From Alphaproteobacteria bacterium (GTDB lineage Bacteria; Pseudomonadota; Alphaproteobacteria; UBA9219), in contig JABDAH010000006.1 of the NCBI GenBank assembly GCA_013289265.1, positions 706 through 64,705 on the forward strand: a stretch of DNA of 64,000 nucleotides, given 5' to 3'. Below, in pieces: positions 55,990 to 64,000 of the stretch. Each line of letters starts with the position of its first letter. Within the stretch, counting starts at the first letter, position 1. Made by a program: the position numbers and the translations under genes. Under the pieces are notes generated by a model. It had not been told where the DNA came from. It was given only the letters and a program-made list of their open reading frames with translations, and did no database searches.

Positions 55990-56895
55990 TTAATTCGGCA
56001 CAGTATATTCTCCCGGCAGCCATGCCGCATCTTCATTCATCCTGTGTTTGACCACATTCTCGCATGTTTTGCACAAAGTGCATTTGGAAAATTCGGGTTT
56101 CTGGTTTTCCAGGCGAATCTTTGTCATCTCGGGCGATGTGAAGATATTCCAATAATCGTCGCGCAGCAAATTACCAACGATATGCTTCAATGCGTAATCC
56201 ATGCAGCACAGAACCACGTCACCGTTCGGAAGCACGACGTTATGATCGTAAAAAGGCGTGCTGGCGCAGGAAAGCGGGAAATGGTTGAAGGGCGCCTTGC
56301 GCGCGCCGGTTTTTTCAACCTCCTGCCTTTCCAGACTGCCCGCCCGCGCATGGCCGTTCCACGGACCCAATTGCGGCAGGATGTCCTGCAGGTCGCGATG
56401 GACGTGGCCGGATTTATCCATCGTCATGGCCTGGAATTTTGCCATCGGGAAAGCGCCGTTGGCAACCATCGTCAGAACATTCTTAAATACCTGCCTGTAT
56501 TCGTCGGAGCCCTTATAGCCACGCATGTTCATATTATCGTCAGGCAAATGCAGACAAAGCACAGCCACCTGATTTACATGTTGCGCCAGCAGTTCAACAA
56601 TACGCTGCGAGTCCTCGACCGTGATGCCGTAGAGCGTTGTATAAACGCCCACCAACCGCCCCTGCTGCAAAGCCATTTCCAGCATTTTGGTAGTATCAGG
56701 GTTAGCCCAGGGTTCCGCCATGCCGGAGAAATCAATCCGCACATGCTTGGGAATTCTGCCGAGAATGGTTGCGAAGTTTTCCAGCGACATATATTTGTCG
56801 CTGTCCTTACCGTAAGCTTTTTTCAATGGGTCCTGCGGGCAAAAAGTGCACATCAGGGGACAGCCGACCATCGTCGTGATTTCCATAGATGACAT
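55990..56895 (-). CDS. Radical SAM protein with C-terminal Cys-rich (SPASM/twitch-like) region
   Basis: 301 aa. CPLMCTFC (CX3CX2C) lies at residues 12-19. The C-terminal cysteines are LSCAS, VLCCMDY and CTLCKTCE. Confidence 0.8.
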   Translation of the reverse strand: MSSMEITTMVGCPLMCTFCPQDPLKKAYGKDSDKYMSLENFATILGRIPKHVRIDFSGMAEPWANPDTTKMLEMALQQGRLVGVYTTLYGITVEDSQRIVELLAQHVNQVAVLCLHLPDDNMNMRGYKGSDEYRQVFKNVLTMVANGAFPMAKFQAMTMDKSGHVHRDLQDILPQLGPWNGHARAGSLERQEVEKTGARKAPFNHFPLSCASTPFYDHNVVLPNGDVVLCCMDYALKHIVGNLLRDDYWNIFTSPEMTKIRLENQKPEFSKCTLCKTCENVVKHRMNEDAAWLPGEYTVPN

Positions 56896-56929
56896 GGGGT
56901 ACCTCTCTGGAATGTGAACGGATCAAGCC

Positions 56930-58732
56930 TTAGTCCGACTGCATCCCGTATAGTCTTGCATAAACGCCCTGTTTTGACAAAAGCTCGGTATGGGTACCCT
57001 GCTCTGCCACGCGCCCCTGCTCCAAAACCACAATCTGATCAGCATCGACGATAGTTGACAGCCTGTGCGCCACAACGATTGTCGTACGTCCCTGCTGCAG
57101 GTGCTTTAGCGCCGCCTGCACCGCGCGTTCTGATTCATTGTCCAGCGCCGATGTCGCCTCGTCCAGCAACAAAATCGGTGCATTGCGCAGCATGGCCCGT
57201 GCAATGGCGATACGCTGGCGCTGGCCGCCGGAGAGTTTAACGCCGTGCTCACCCACCATAGTATCGTAACCTTGCGGCAGGTTGGCGATAAAACTATCGG
57301 CAAAAGCTGCGACGGCGGCGGCTTCGATTTCCTCAGCCGTAGCATCTGTTTTGCCGTAAGCGATGTTGGCGCGCACCGTATCATCGAACAGGGCGGTTTC
57401 CTGACTGACGAGCGCGATCTTGCTGCGCAGACTGGACAAAGTGACATCCCGCACATCCCGGCCGCCCACTGTAATCCGCCCCGATTGCACATCATAAAAG
57501 CGGGGGATGAGGTTGATGATAGTGGATTTCCCCGCACCAGATGAGCCCACAATCGCCGCTGTCTTGCCGTGCGGCACCGTGATGCTGAGATGGTCAAGCG
57601 CTTGAGTGCCGTCATGATAGGCGAACACGACGTCATCGATGCTAACCGTATAATCACTTACATCCAGCACGGCGGCATTCGGCTGGTCAACAATGGTCGG
57701 TTTTAAATCCAGCAAAGTGAAAATACGTTCTGCCGCGGCAAGGCCCGCCTGAAATTGCGCATTGACCTTGCCCATACGTTTGATTGGGTCATAAGCCAGC
57801 ACAAAGGATCCGATAAAGGCGACCAGATCGCCCGGCGTATTGTAATGATTTTCAACCTGCCAGTAACCGAACACAATCACGGACGAGACTGCGAGGCTGC
57901 TGATGACTTCCATCACCGGGCCTGTCAGTGCTGCGATGCGCACACTTTTGACCGTTAGCCTGTAAATGGATTCTGTTACATCATGAACGCGGTTTTTTTC
58001 TTTCAGTTCATTGCCATAAGCCTTTACATGGCGGATGCCCTGCAAAGTCTGGTTCAGCAGCGAAGAAAAATCGGCCGTAGCCGCCTGCGTATTGGTCGAC
58101 AACTTGCGTTGCTTCTTGCCGATGCGCGCGACGTAATAAGCCGAGACCGGGAACACAATAAAAACCACTGCTGACAAACGCCAGTCCTGATACAGCATGA
58201 CACCCGCCAGAAAAACAAATTCCAGCCCGCCGCGGAAAGAGTTCAGTAAAGTTTCCGAAACAGATGAGCGCATTATCGCGACGTCATTGATGACGCGCGA
58301 TGTGAGTGACCCGGAAGCATTGGCATGAAAAAACGCCAGATCGCTGCCCAGCATATGGTCATACATATCCTGCTGCACATTGGTGACGATGCGCTGGCCG
58401 ACGCGGTTCATGATGACGTTATGCGTATAGGTGGTGATGCCACGCACTGAAAAGAGACCGACGATCAAGCCCGCGACGCCGATCATGTATGGCATGCCAA
58501 GCTTTTGGTCGACGCCGTCAAAGATCAGCTGCAGCGTATGGGCAAAAAGCCCGCGCATGGCAGCTGCTATCGCCATCAGAATCATCGCAATGACAAAAGA
58601 ACGCCGGTAGGGGTATAAATAGGTGCGCAGCAACCGCTGCATCAATTCCCATGATGTTTTGGGTTTGCCGCGCTGCAGCAAAGTCAGATTTTCTTGGGAA
58701 ACGGGCGAAGATTGCGACAAGGCGACTACCAT
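56930..58732 (-). CDS. ABC transporter, fused permease/ATPase (MsbA-like exporter)
   Basis: 600 aa with six N-terminal TM helices, Walker A GSSGAGKST, signature LSGGQRQR and Walker B ILLLDEATS. Confidence 0.9.
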   Translation of the reverse strand: MVVALSQSSPVSQENLTLLQRGKPKTSWELMQRLLRTYLYPYRRSFVIAMILMAIAAAMRGLFAHTLQLIFDGVDQKLGMPYMIGVAGLIVGLFSVRGITTYTHNVIMNRVGQRIVTNVQQDMYDHMLGSDLAFFHANASGSLTSRVINDVAIMRSSVSETLLNSFRGGLEFVFLAGVMLYQDWRLSAVVFIVFPVSAYYVARIGKKQRKLSTNTQAATADFSSLLNQTLQGIRHVKAYGNELKEKNRVHDVTESIYRLTVKSVRIAALTGPVMEVISSLAVSSVIVFGYWQVENHYNTPGDLVAFIGSFVLAYDPIKRMGKVNAQFQAGLAAAERIFTLLDLKPTIVDQPNAAVLDVSDYTVSIDDVVFAYHDGTQALDHLSITVPHGKTAAIVGSSGAGKSTIINLIPRFYDVQSGRITVGGRDVRDVTLSSLRSKIALVSQETALFDDTVRANIAYGKTDATAEEIEAAAVAAFADSFIANLPQGYDTMVGEHGVKLSGGQRQRIAIARAMLRNAPILLLDEATSALDNESERAVQAALKHLQQGRTTIVVAHRLSTIVDADQIVVLEQGRVAEQGTHTELLSKQGVYARLYGMQSD

Positions 58733-58820
58733 ATTAAATGAAAGAGTAATGATCTTGCCCTATCATAGAGCCTGATGGCGTTTTTTGAAGCTTATAATCG
58801 ACCTGCTTAGGAAATCTTCT

Positions 58821-59804
58821 ATGCCTAACGAAAGAACCATAGCACGCGGCGGAAAACGCAAAATTGGCCTGGCGCTGAGTAGCGGCATGGCCAGAGGCTG
58901 GGCCCATATCGGCGTTTTACGGGCCCTCAAAAAACTGGGCTTCGAATTCGACATTATTACCGGCTGTTCCGTCGGCGCCCTCGTCGGCGGCTGCTATCTG
59001 GCTGGCAAGCTGGATGAGCTTGAAGAATGGGCCATGTCCCTCAATAAACGCAAAATCGTCAGCTACCTCGATATGCGGCTGCGCAGCGGCGGCCTCATCG
59101 GCGGCGAAAAACTGATGGGCGAAATGCTCAAATATATGGGGCATGTGAATATTGAGGATTTGCCGGTTCCCTATGCCGCCATGACTACCGACCTTGTCAC
59201 CGGCCACGAAATCTGGCTGCAGAAAGGTGATCTGGCGGAAGCCATGCGCGCTTCTTTTTCCCTACCCGGTATTTTCCCGCCGGTGAAAATTGAAAATCGC
59301 TGGCTGGCGGACGGCGCACTGGTTTGCCCCCTGCCCGTTGCGGCCTGCCGCGCTTTGGGTGCCGACATGGTGATAGCGGTTAATCTGAACGCCGATATCA
59401 TCGGCAAGTCCAGAAAAGTGGGCGCTACTATTCCGACGGCTGCAGGGTTCGACCTGATGCAGTTGCTGGAAGAGACCGACCAGAAATCAAAAATGTCGTT
59501 AATGGATAGTGTGACGCGCCGTGTCTTCCGCCGCGATTATGACGGGCCGAGTATTTTCGGCGTCATGACATCGTCTCTGAATATCATGCAGGACCGTATC
59601 ACGCGCTCGCGTCTTGCGGGTGATCCGCCAGACGTGCATATCGCGCCGCGCCTTGGCCATTTTGGCTTACTGGAATTCGACCGCACAGAAGAAGCCATTC
59701 ATGAAGGCGAAGCCGCGGTTATGCGGAAACGCCCGGAACTTGCTGATGCGATGCAAGTGCTGTCGCAAAGCAACGCAGTTGTTGGGGCGAATGAGCCAAT
59801 TTAA
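58821..59804 (+). CDS. Patatin-like phospholipase (RssA type)
   Basis: I placed the start at MPNERT. The motifs are GLALSSGMARGWAHIGV (oxyanion Gly-rich), GCSVGA (GxSxG) and ADGAL (the catalytic Asp of the DGA/G motif). Confidence 0.85.
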   Translation: MPNERTIARGGKRKIGLALSSGMARGWAHIGVLRALKKLGFEFDIITGCSVGALVGGCYLAGKLDELEEWAMSLNKRKIVSYLDMRLRSGGLIGGEKLMGEMLKYMGHVNIEDLPVPYAAMTTDLVTGHEIWLQKGDLAEAMRASFSLPGIFPPVKIENRWLADGALVCPLPVAACRALGADMVIAVNLNADIIGKSRKVGATIPTAAGFDLMQLLEETDQKSKMSLMDSVTRRVFRRDYDGPSIFGVMTSSLNIMQDRITRSRLAGDPPDVHIAPRLGHFGLLEFDRTEEAIHEGEAAVMRKRPELADAMQVLSQSNAVVGANEPI

Positions 59805-59814
59805 AGGCTAACTG

Positions 59815-60783
59815 TCAGCCAAATCTTTGGGCCACTAATTGCGCCCCTTGCCCTGTCAACGGTTGTCCTAAATCTTCTCTTAGCCTCTCAACCAACTGCG
59901 CCGCTAATGCTGGGTTATGGGTGGCAAGGGCGGTAAACTGTTTGCCCAAATCCTGTGCTATCTCTACCCTACGTTCTTCGTCTGCAATGGCAGCAAGAAC
60001 TCCCTTTAATTTAGTTACAGAATCATCGCTAACAGGCAATGACGCCACTAAATGTAAACAATAGTGTGTGCCGTCACGATCACGCTGGCCAAATCGAGTG
60101 GAGGATGACCTAGCTTCGATTCCCTCTGCCTTCAAATGTCTTATCCATTTTTCAACAAGCGCCTCAGTATCAGGGGACGGCGAATGCCCATATGACATTT
60201 TGTCGTTCATAGGACCTGTAATAGTCAAATTATTCCCGTCCTGTTGCAAATAAAGACCACCGCGCGATGGTTTTGATCCACTACTTGAACTAGTAAATGG
60301 ATATCTTAAATCAATAAAGCTTATCAATTTAGTGTCACGGCGACAGATATCAGTCAAAGCAGCTTTAATGTCGGCTGCATTGCACGCGACTTTATAAGCC
60401 TCCTGCAATTTATCCATCGATTCCTGATTAATGGGAATCTTCACTTGTAAATAGTTAGCTTCGCCTGCTGGAGATGCATAATCGGCTAAAGGAGAGGTCC
60501 TGTTAACATACATTCCTATCGGATCAAATCCGACTTGGGATAATTGTGCGATTAATAGCCGTGTTTGCAAAGCGGCATCATGGTAATTAGACCCAAATGC
60601 GTTGCCATTAACATATATTCTTGCATTTCCTTTACCAGTAATGGAGATTTTAAAATTACGGTCGAGCCTAGCAAGAGGCTCTGCATCAGGCTTCCCTACA
60701 ACAACTAAACAGACGGGCCTTACATGAGCTAAACAGAATCTTTTAAAAGCTTCGGCAATGGAATTAGCTGTTACGTCACTCAT
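59815..60783 (-). CDS. Hypothetical protein, two copies of an unrecognised domain (paralog of 61004-61507)
   Basis: I placed the start at MSDVTANS, where a GGAG Shine-Dalgarno lies 8 nt upstream. The N-terminal half aligns by eye with the 167-aa neighbour (AQLSQVGFDP vs AQLQAVGFSD; YLQVKIP vs MLTVKIP). The C-terminal half repeats the pattern (LTITG...HLKAEGIEA...YCLHLVASLP). Confidence 0.55.
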   Translation of the reverse strand: MSDVTANSIAEAFKRFCLAHVRPVCLVVVGKPDAEPLARLDRNFKISITGKGNARIYVNGNAFGSNYHDAALQTRLLIAQLSQVGFDPIGMYVNRTSPLADYASPAGEANYLQVKIPINQESMDKLQEAYKVACNAADIKAALTDICRRDTKLISFIDLRYPFTSSSSGSKPSRGGLYLQQDGNNLTITGPMNDKMSYGHSPSPDTEALVEKWIRHLKAEGIEARSSSTRFGQRDRDGTHYCLHLVASLPVSDDSVTKLKGVLAAIADEERRVEIAQDLGKQFTALATHNPALAAQLVERLREDLGQPLTGQGAQLVAQRFG

Positions 60784-60874
60784 TTTATATCTCCATTCTT
60801 GAAATGAATTTTTCGGTTCCATCCTAGGATATATAAGCCAATATACAACTGAATAAATACTTGCAAATATTAAC

Positions 60875-60977
60875 CAAACATCATCAATATTTTCAGGATT
60901 AAAAAGTAACGCCTTTTTCCCGACATTTCTCGATCCAAAAAGTCGGGTTCTCGTAAACGGTTAAATCTTTAGCCTTG
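60875..60977 (-). pseudogene. Detached, diverged copy of the queC 3' tail plus 24 nt of 3' flank
   Basis: A hand alignment to 61597-61699 shows 1 mismatch in the distal 44 nt and 19 mismatches in the next 59 nt. The frame is retained (KAKDLTVYENPTFWIEKCREKGVTF*). Confidence 0.65.
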
Positions 60978-61003
60978 ATGGTCGCATTGGGCAAATGAAT
61001 CAA

Positions 61004-61507
61004 TTAAGCAAGAGTGTTTATGTCAAAACGATTTTCAACCACCCAATTTGTAAGATTCCTGAGCATCGTTTCTCTGTTTTCCACAGGAATATCCTGACTA
61101 TTAATTGCCTGCTCAGTTGCTTTAAATAAATTGCCGAGCGAGACAGGCATCGTGGGTATTTTGACTGTCAACATATGACGCGTTACGGGCCAGGATTTAA
61201 GGACTTTTGAGCCCCATAATTCTTCTTTAATTGCAACATCTGAAAAGCCTACAGCCTGCAACTGGGCACTAACATTCTCCAAAGCTCTTAATCGAATCCG
61301 ATGGTCATTCTTTCTTTCCGCTTCTGCATTTACACCAGCTATTCCAAATGAATGCAGGCTGACAGTAATTGAGTTGGCGACGCTTTCAAACTGCGGGCCA
61401 CTGGGTATTCCTTCTATCCGGGATGTAGCTCCTATTTCTCCGAAATTGGCTTGGAGAAATTGTTTAAATAATTCTTGGGCGGCATTAAAAATAAAATCGG
61501 GTCGCAT
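61004..61507 (-). CDS. Hypothetical protein, single copy of the same unrecognised domain
   Basis: 167 aa with a GAGGA Shine-Dalgarno upstream of the ATG. It is bracketed by the two queC-tail copies. Confidence 0.55.
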   Translation of the reverse strand: MRPDFIFNAAQELFKQFLQANFGEIGATSRIEGIPSGPQFESVANSITVSLHSFGIAGVNAEAERKNDHRIRLRALENVSAQLQAVGFSDVAIKEELWGSKVLKSWPVTRHMLTVKIPTMPVSLGNLFKATEQAINSQDIPVENRETMLRNLTNWVVENRFDINTLA

Positions 61508-61620
61508 TTCACATCCTCATTACAGAAACAATTTATGCGATGACTCTATATAAAATATTGCGATTCACAACTGCGAATAATGCGCAGTTTTTTAATCAAA
61601 CATCTTCAATATTTTCAGGA

Positions 61621-62325
61621 TTAAAAAGTAACGCCTTTTTTGCGGCATTCCTCAATCCAGAATGTCGAATCCGCATAAACCGTAGGATCTTCGACCTTGG
61701 CGAGGGCAAAGGCTTCGCGCCGTTCGACGCAGGTGCCGCAGCGCCCGCAATGAATCTCACCGCCTTTATAGCATGACCATGTGTCGGCAATCGGCACTTT
61801 CAAAACGTCTGCATGATGGGCGATACCCGCTTTGGTGATCGTCACGAACGGTGTCAGCAACTTGACGTTGGCGACACCTTCCATCGCCTTCTGTTCCATA
61901 CGGTCGAACAATTCCGCAAATTCCGGACGGCAGTCAGGATAGATGAAATGATCGCCAGAATGAATAGCGATGGCGATAGCGTTATAATCGTGCGCGGGAG
62001 CAATACCGAAAGCGATGGCCAGCATAATGGCGTTGCGGTTCGGCACGATAGTTTGCTTCATCGTCTCTGCTTCATAATGCCCGTCCGGCACCGGCACATT
62101 GTCCGTCAGCGCCGAGCCTTTGAGATGCGCCGCGATATTGGTAAGGTCGATCTGATGATAAGGAACGTCCAGACGTTTGGCGGTGGCTTCTGCAAACTGC
62201 AGTTCCTTTTTATGGCGCTGGCCATAATCAAATGACAGGATGCCACGCAATTGTTCATGATGATCGAGGAAATGCGCCAGCGTAACGCTGTCCAATCCGC
62301 CGGAAACGATTGCCAAGGCCTTCAT
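61621..62325 (-). CDS. queC: 7-cyano-7-deazaguanine synthase
   Basis: I placed the start at MKALAIVSGGLDSVT, which carries the PP-loop SGGxDS. The C-terminal Zn site is SCY...HCGRCGTCVER. The track start at 62421 is an upstream extension. Confidence 0.9.
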   Translation of the reverse strand: MKALAIVSGGLDSVTLAHFLDHHEQLRGILSFDYGQRHKKELQFAEATAKRLDVPYHQIDLTNIAAHLKGSALTDNVPVPDGHYEAETMKQTIVPNRNAIMLAIAFGIAPAHDYNAIAIAIHSGDHFIYPDCRPEFAELFDRMEQKAMEGVANVKLLTPFVTITKAGIAHHADVLKVPIADTWSCYKGGEIHCGRCGTCVERREAFALAKVEDPTVYADSTFWIEECRKKGVTF

Positions 62326-62507
62326 GATTATTCCATCTAAGGTGAAAATTCTGCAGCGCTGCCCCGCCACCCATAGCAGACATAAACTTAATTTAGTCTT
62401 ACAAACAGCGCCCTTATTCACCCTCTATATTCAAATTGCCTAGCTATCCGGTTCCCCTTATCATCGCCGCGTACTCTCGACACACTTAAAACCCGCCTTA
62501 ACAGAAG

Positions 62508-64000
62508 ATGAAACTTCAGCGCTTTTTTGTTCCCCTTTATCTCCTTACGCTACTGTGCACGGGGCTCGGCTATCTGGCGATTTTGCCGGCCTTTGAAGGG
62601 TTTGACGAAACAGCGCATTATTCAAGCATTCGCCAGATTGCCGATACGGCAACCATCCCCATATACGGCAAGAGTTTTATTGACCGTGAAGTTGCGGACT
62701 ACCGCGGCCCCCTTCCCTATACTTCGCTCGCGCCGCCTTATGACGACGGGCTGACATACGCCAAATTTTTTGCCGATCCCCCTTTGACGGCGGATTATTT
62801 GACACATTACCGGCAATCCACCTTGCAACCGCCCTATAGCGCCAGCGATCAGCAAAACTGGCAGGCACAACACCCACCGCTTTATTATATTTTGCTGGCG
62901 CCGATCGAAAAAGCGGCGTCGCAACTTCCGCTGGTGACACGGATTTTTATCTTACGGCTGGTTTCTTTTCTGATGGCTTTGACGGGAGTAGCTTTCGGTT
63001 TGCTGGCCAGCCGAAATCCGCAATTGCCATTGAAATCTGACCCGGCTGTTATCGGTTTCTTGTTTTACCCGCTGATCCTGCCGATGTTCTTTCCGGAATT
63101 TACGCGCATCGGCAATGACTCGCTGTGTCTTTTGCTGGTCGGCATCACCGCCTTTCTTCTCTCCAAATATCTGAAGGACGAAAGTGACAGAAAATTACCT
63201 GTAGCGCTCGGCGTTACATTAGGTCTCGGCCTTCTCACTAAAGCTTTCTTTCTGCCAATCACTGCTGCTTTAGCGATATTTCTTTCAGTGCGAATAGCCT
63301 GCAAGAGTGGCACACGCTCTGGCCGATGGAAAAACCTTCTGTTGATTTTGTTACCTGCACTGATAATTGGTGGCGGCTGGTATATTTACAAATTCATGGC
63401 GTTCGGAACCGTTATCGGCAGTAACGACGCTATTAATCTCGCCAATCAGGGCGGATTGATCTCCAACCTGAAACAAAATTTTTCTCTCTACGGCATTGTG
63501 CGCGGGCTCACCGTTACTTTTGTCTCCTACTCATGGGCGGGTACATGGTCCCTGACACGCTTGCCGATATTTTTACACCTGCCTGTGTTGGGGTTAGCGG
63601 CTTGGGGTTTTGGTTCTTATCTGTTTCAGATCAAACGCCGACCTCTCACAGACCCAGCGTGGCTGCCCGCTCTGCTATTCGGCATTTTTGGCATAGGTTT
63701 TCTTTATCATGTCATCATAAGTGTTGCCATCAACGGCAATGGCAATACGCCGGGCTGGTACTTACATATTCTGATGCCGTGGGTTGCGCCAGCATTGGGG
63801 GCAGGCTTTTATGCGTTGTTTCAAAACCCCAGAACAAAATTTTTCCTGATCATACTTTTGCTCTACGCGTTCGCGTTTCAGACAATCGCGATCTGGGCGC
63901 AATTTACTCTGTTCACGGGATGCGCGACGAAGAGCAATGAAAAATATTATGCTTTTTCGGGCCACACTCTCTGCCTCGATCAGATACCTTTATTATTCGA
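62508..64000 (+). CDS. Polytopic membrane protein, GT-C-type glycosyltransferase-like (ArnT/PMT-like); C-terminus runs off the window
   Basis: It is absent from the ORF track because it is open to the window edge. Hand translation from ATG 62508 gives MKLQRFFVPLYLLTLLCTGLGYLAILPAFEGFDETAHYSSIRQIA...QHPPLYYILLAPIEK...LGLLTKAFFLPI..., with 497 codons and no stop. It has many TM segments. The family call is tentative. Confidence 0.55.
   Translation, partial: MKLQRFFVPLYLLTLLCTGLGYLAILPAFEGFDETAHYSSIRQIADTATIPIYGKSFIDREVADYRGPLPYTSLAPPYDDGLTYAKFFADPPLTADYLTHYRQSTLQPPYSASDQQNWQAQHPPLYYILLAPIEKAASQLPLVTRIFILRLVSFLMALTGVAFGLLASRNPQLPLKSDPAVIGFLFYPLILPMFFPEFTRIGNDSLCLLLVGITAFLLSKYLKDESDRKLPVALGVTLGLGLLTKAFFLPITAALAIFLSVRIACKSGTRSGRWKNLLLILLPALIIGGGWYIYKFMAFGTVIGSNDAINLANQGGLISNLKQNFSLYGIVRGLTVTFVSYSWAGTWSLTRLPIFLHLPVLGLAAWGFGSYLFQIKRRPLTDPAWLPALLFGIFGIGFLYHVIISVAINGNGNTPGWYLHILMPWVAPALGAGFYALFQNPRTKFFLIILLLYAFAFQTIAIWAQFTLFTGCATKSNEKYYAFSGHTLCLDQIPLLF

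Noticed and set aside
62432-62450. CACCCTCTATATTCAAATT next to queC resembles the 3' half of a preQ1-I riboswitch (ACCCUCUAUAAAAAACUA).
   Set aside because: It is on the strand opposite to queC. There is no upstream AGAGG strand to form P1, and the reverse complement does not fit either.

Overview
This is a 64-kb chromosomal window with alphaproteobacterial hallmarks. It has an F0 operon with two b-type subunits (atpI-B-E-F'-F), a permease-less regulatory PTS (C-terminal-only HprK, RapZ, EIIA-Man, HPr, EI), IhfB, FdxA/CarD and an NDUFS4-like protein. I can support about 75 CDS and five tRNA genes (Ser-CGA, Thr-CGT, Leu-GAG, Arg-TCT, Pro-TGG), all on the minus strand with CCA encoded. I found no rRNA, no CRISPR array, and no intact transposase or integrase. 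Two genes open to the window edges are missing from the ORF track and were translated by hand: ptsI at 1-1513 (minus) and a GT-C-like membrane protein at 62508-64000 (plus).

Main points of interest:
1. A complete eight-gene his operon in enteric gene order. It contains an in-frame HisC::HisB(IGPD) fusion and is preceded by a divergent PurF-like amidotransferase.
2. A second, diverged but still in-frame copy of the queC 3' tail. Together with the real tail it brackets an orphan gene, and that orphan has a two-domain paralog next door.
3. A roughly 0.9-kb decayed integrative element at tRNA-Thr, with 12-bp direct repeats and a frameshifted recombinase remnant. AT-rich orphan genes also sit on the 3' side of tRNA-Ser, tRNA-Arg and tRNA-Pro.
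4. A LuxR-type autoinducer-binding domain protein with no DNA-binding domain.
5. Two nearly identical FNR/FixK-type boxes, equally spaced from a Crp/Fnr gene and from a small Cys/His-rich protein gene.
6. A REP-like hairpin family (CTCTGACCAnTGACC) at three gene ends.
7. An operon of ABC exporter, radical-SAM/SPASM-like enzyme, hydrolase and DUF192 protein with no visible precursor peptide.
8. A candidate structured leader upstream of phoH.

I did not recognise any known defence system, and no single locus stands out as a new multi-gene system. All functional calls come from motif recognition by eye. No database search, alignment program or RNA folding was run.
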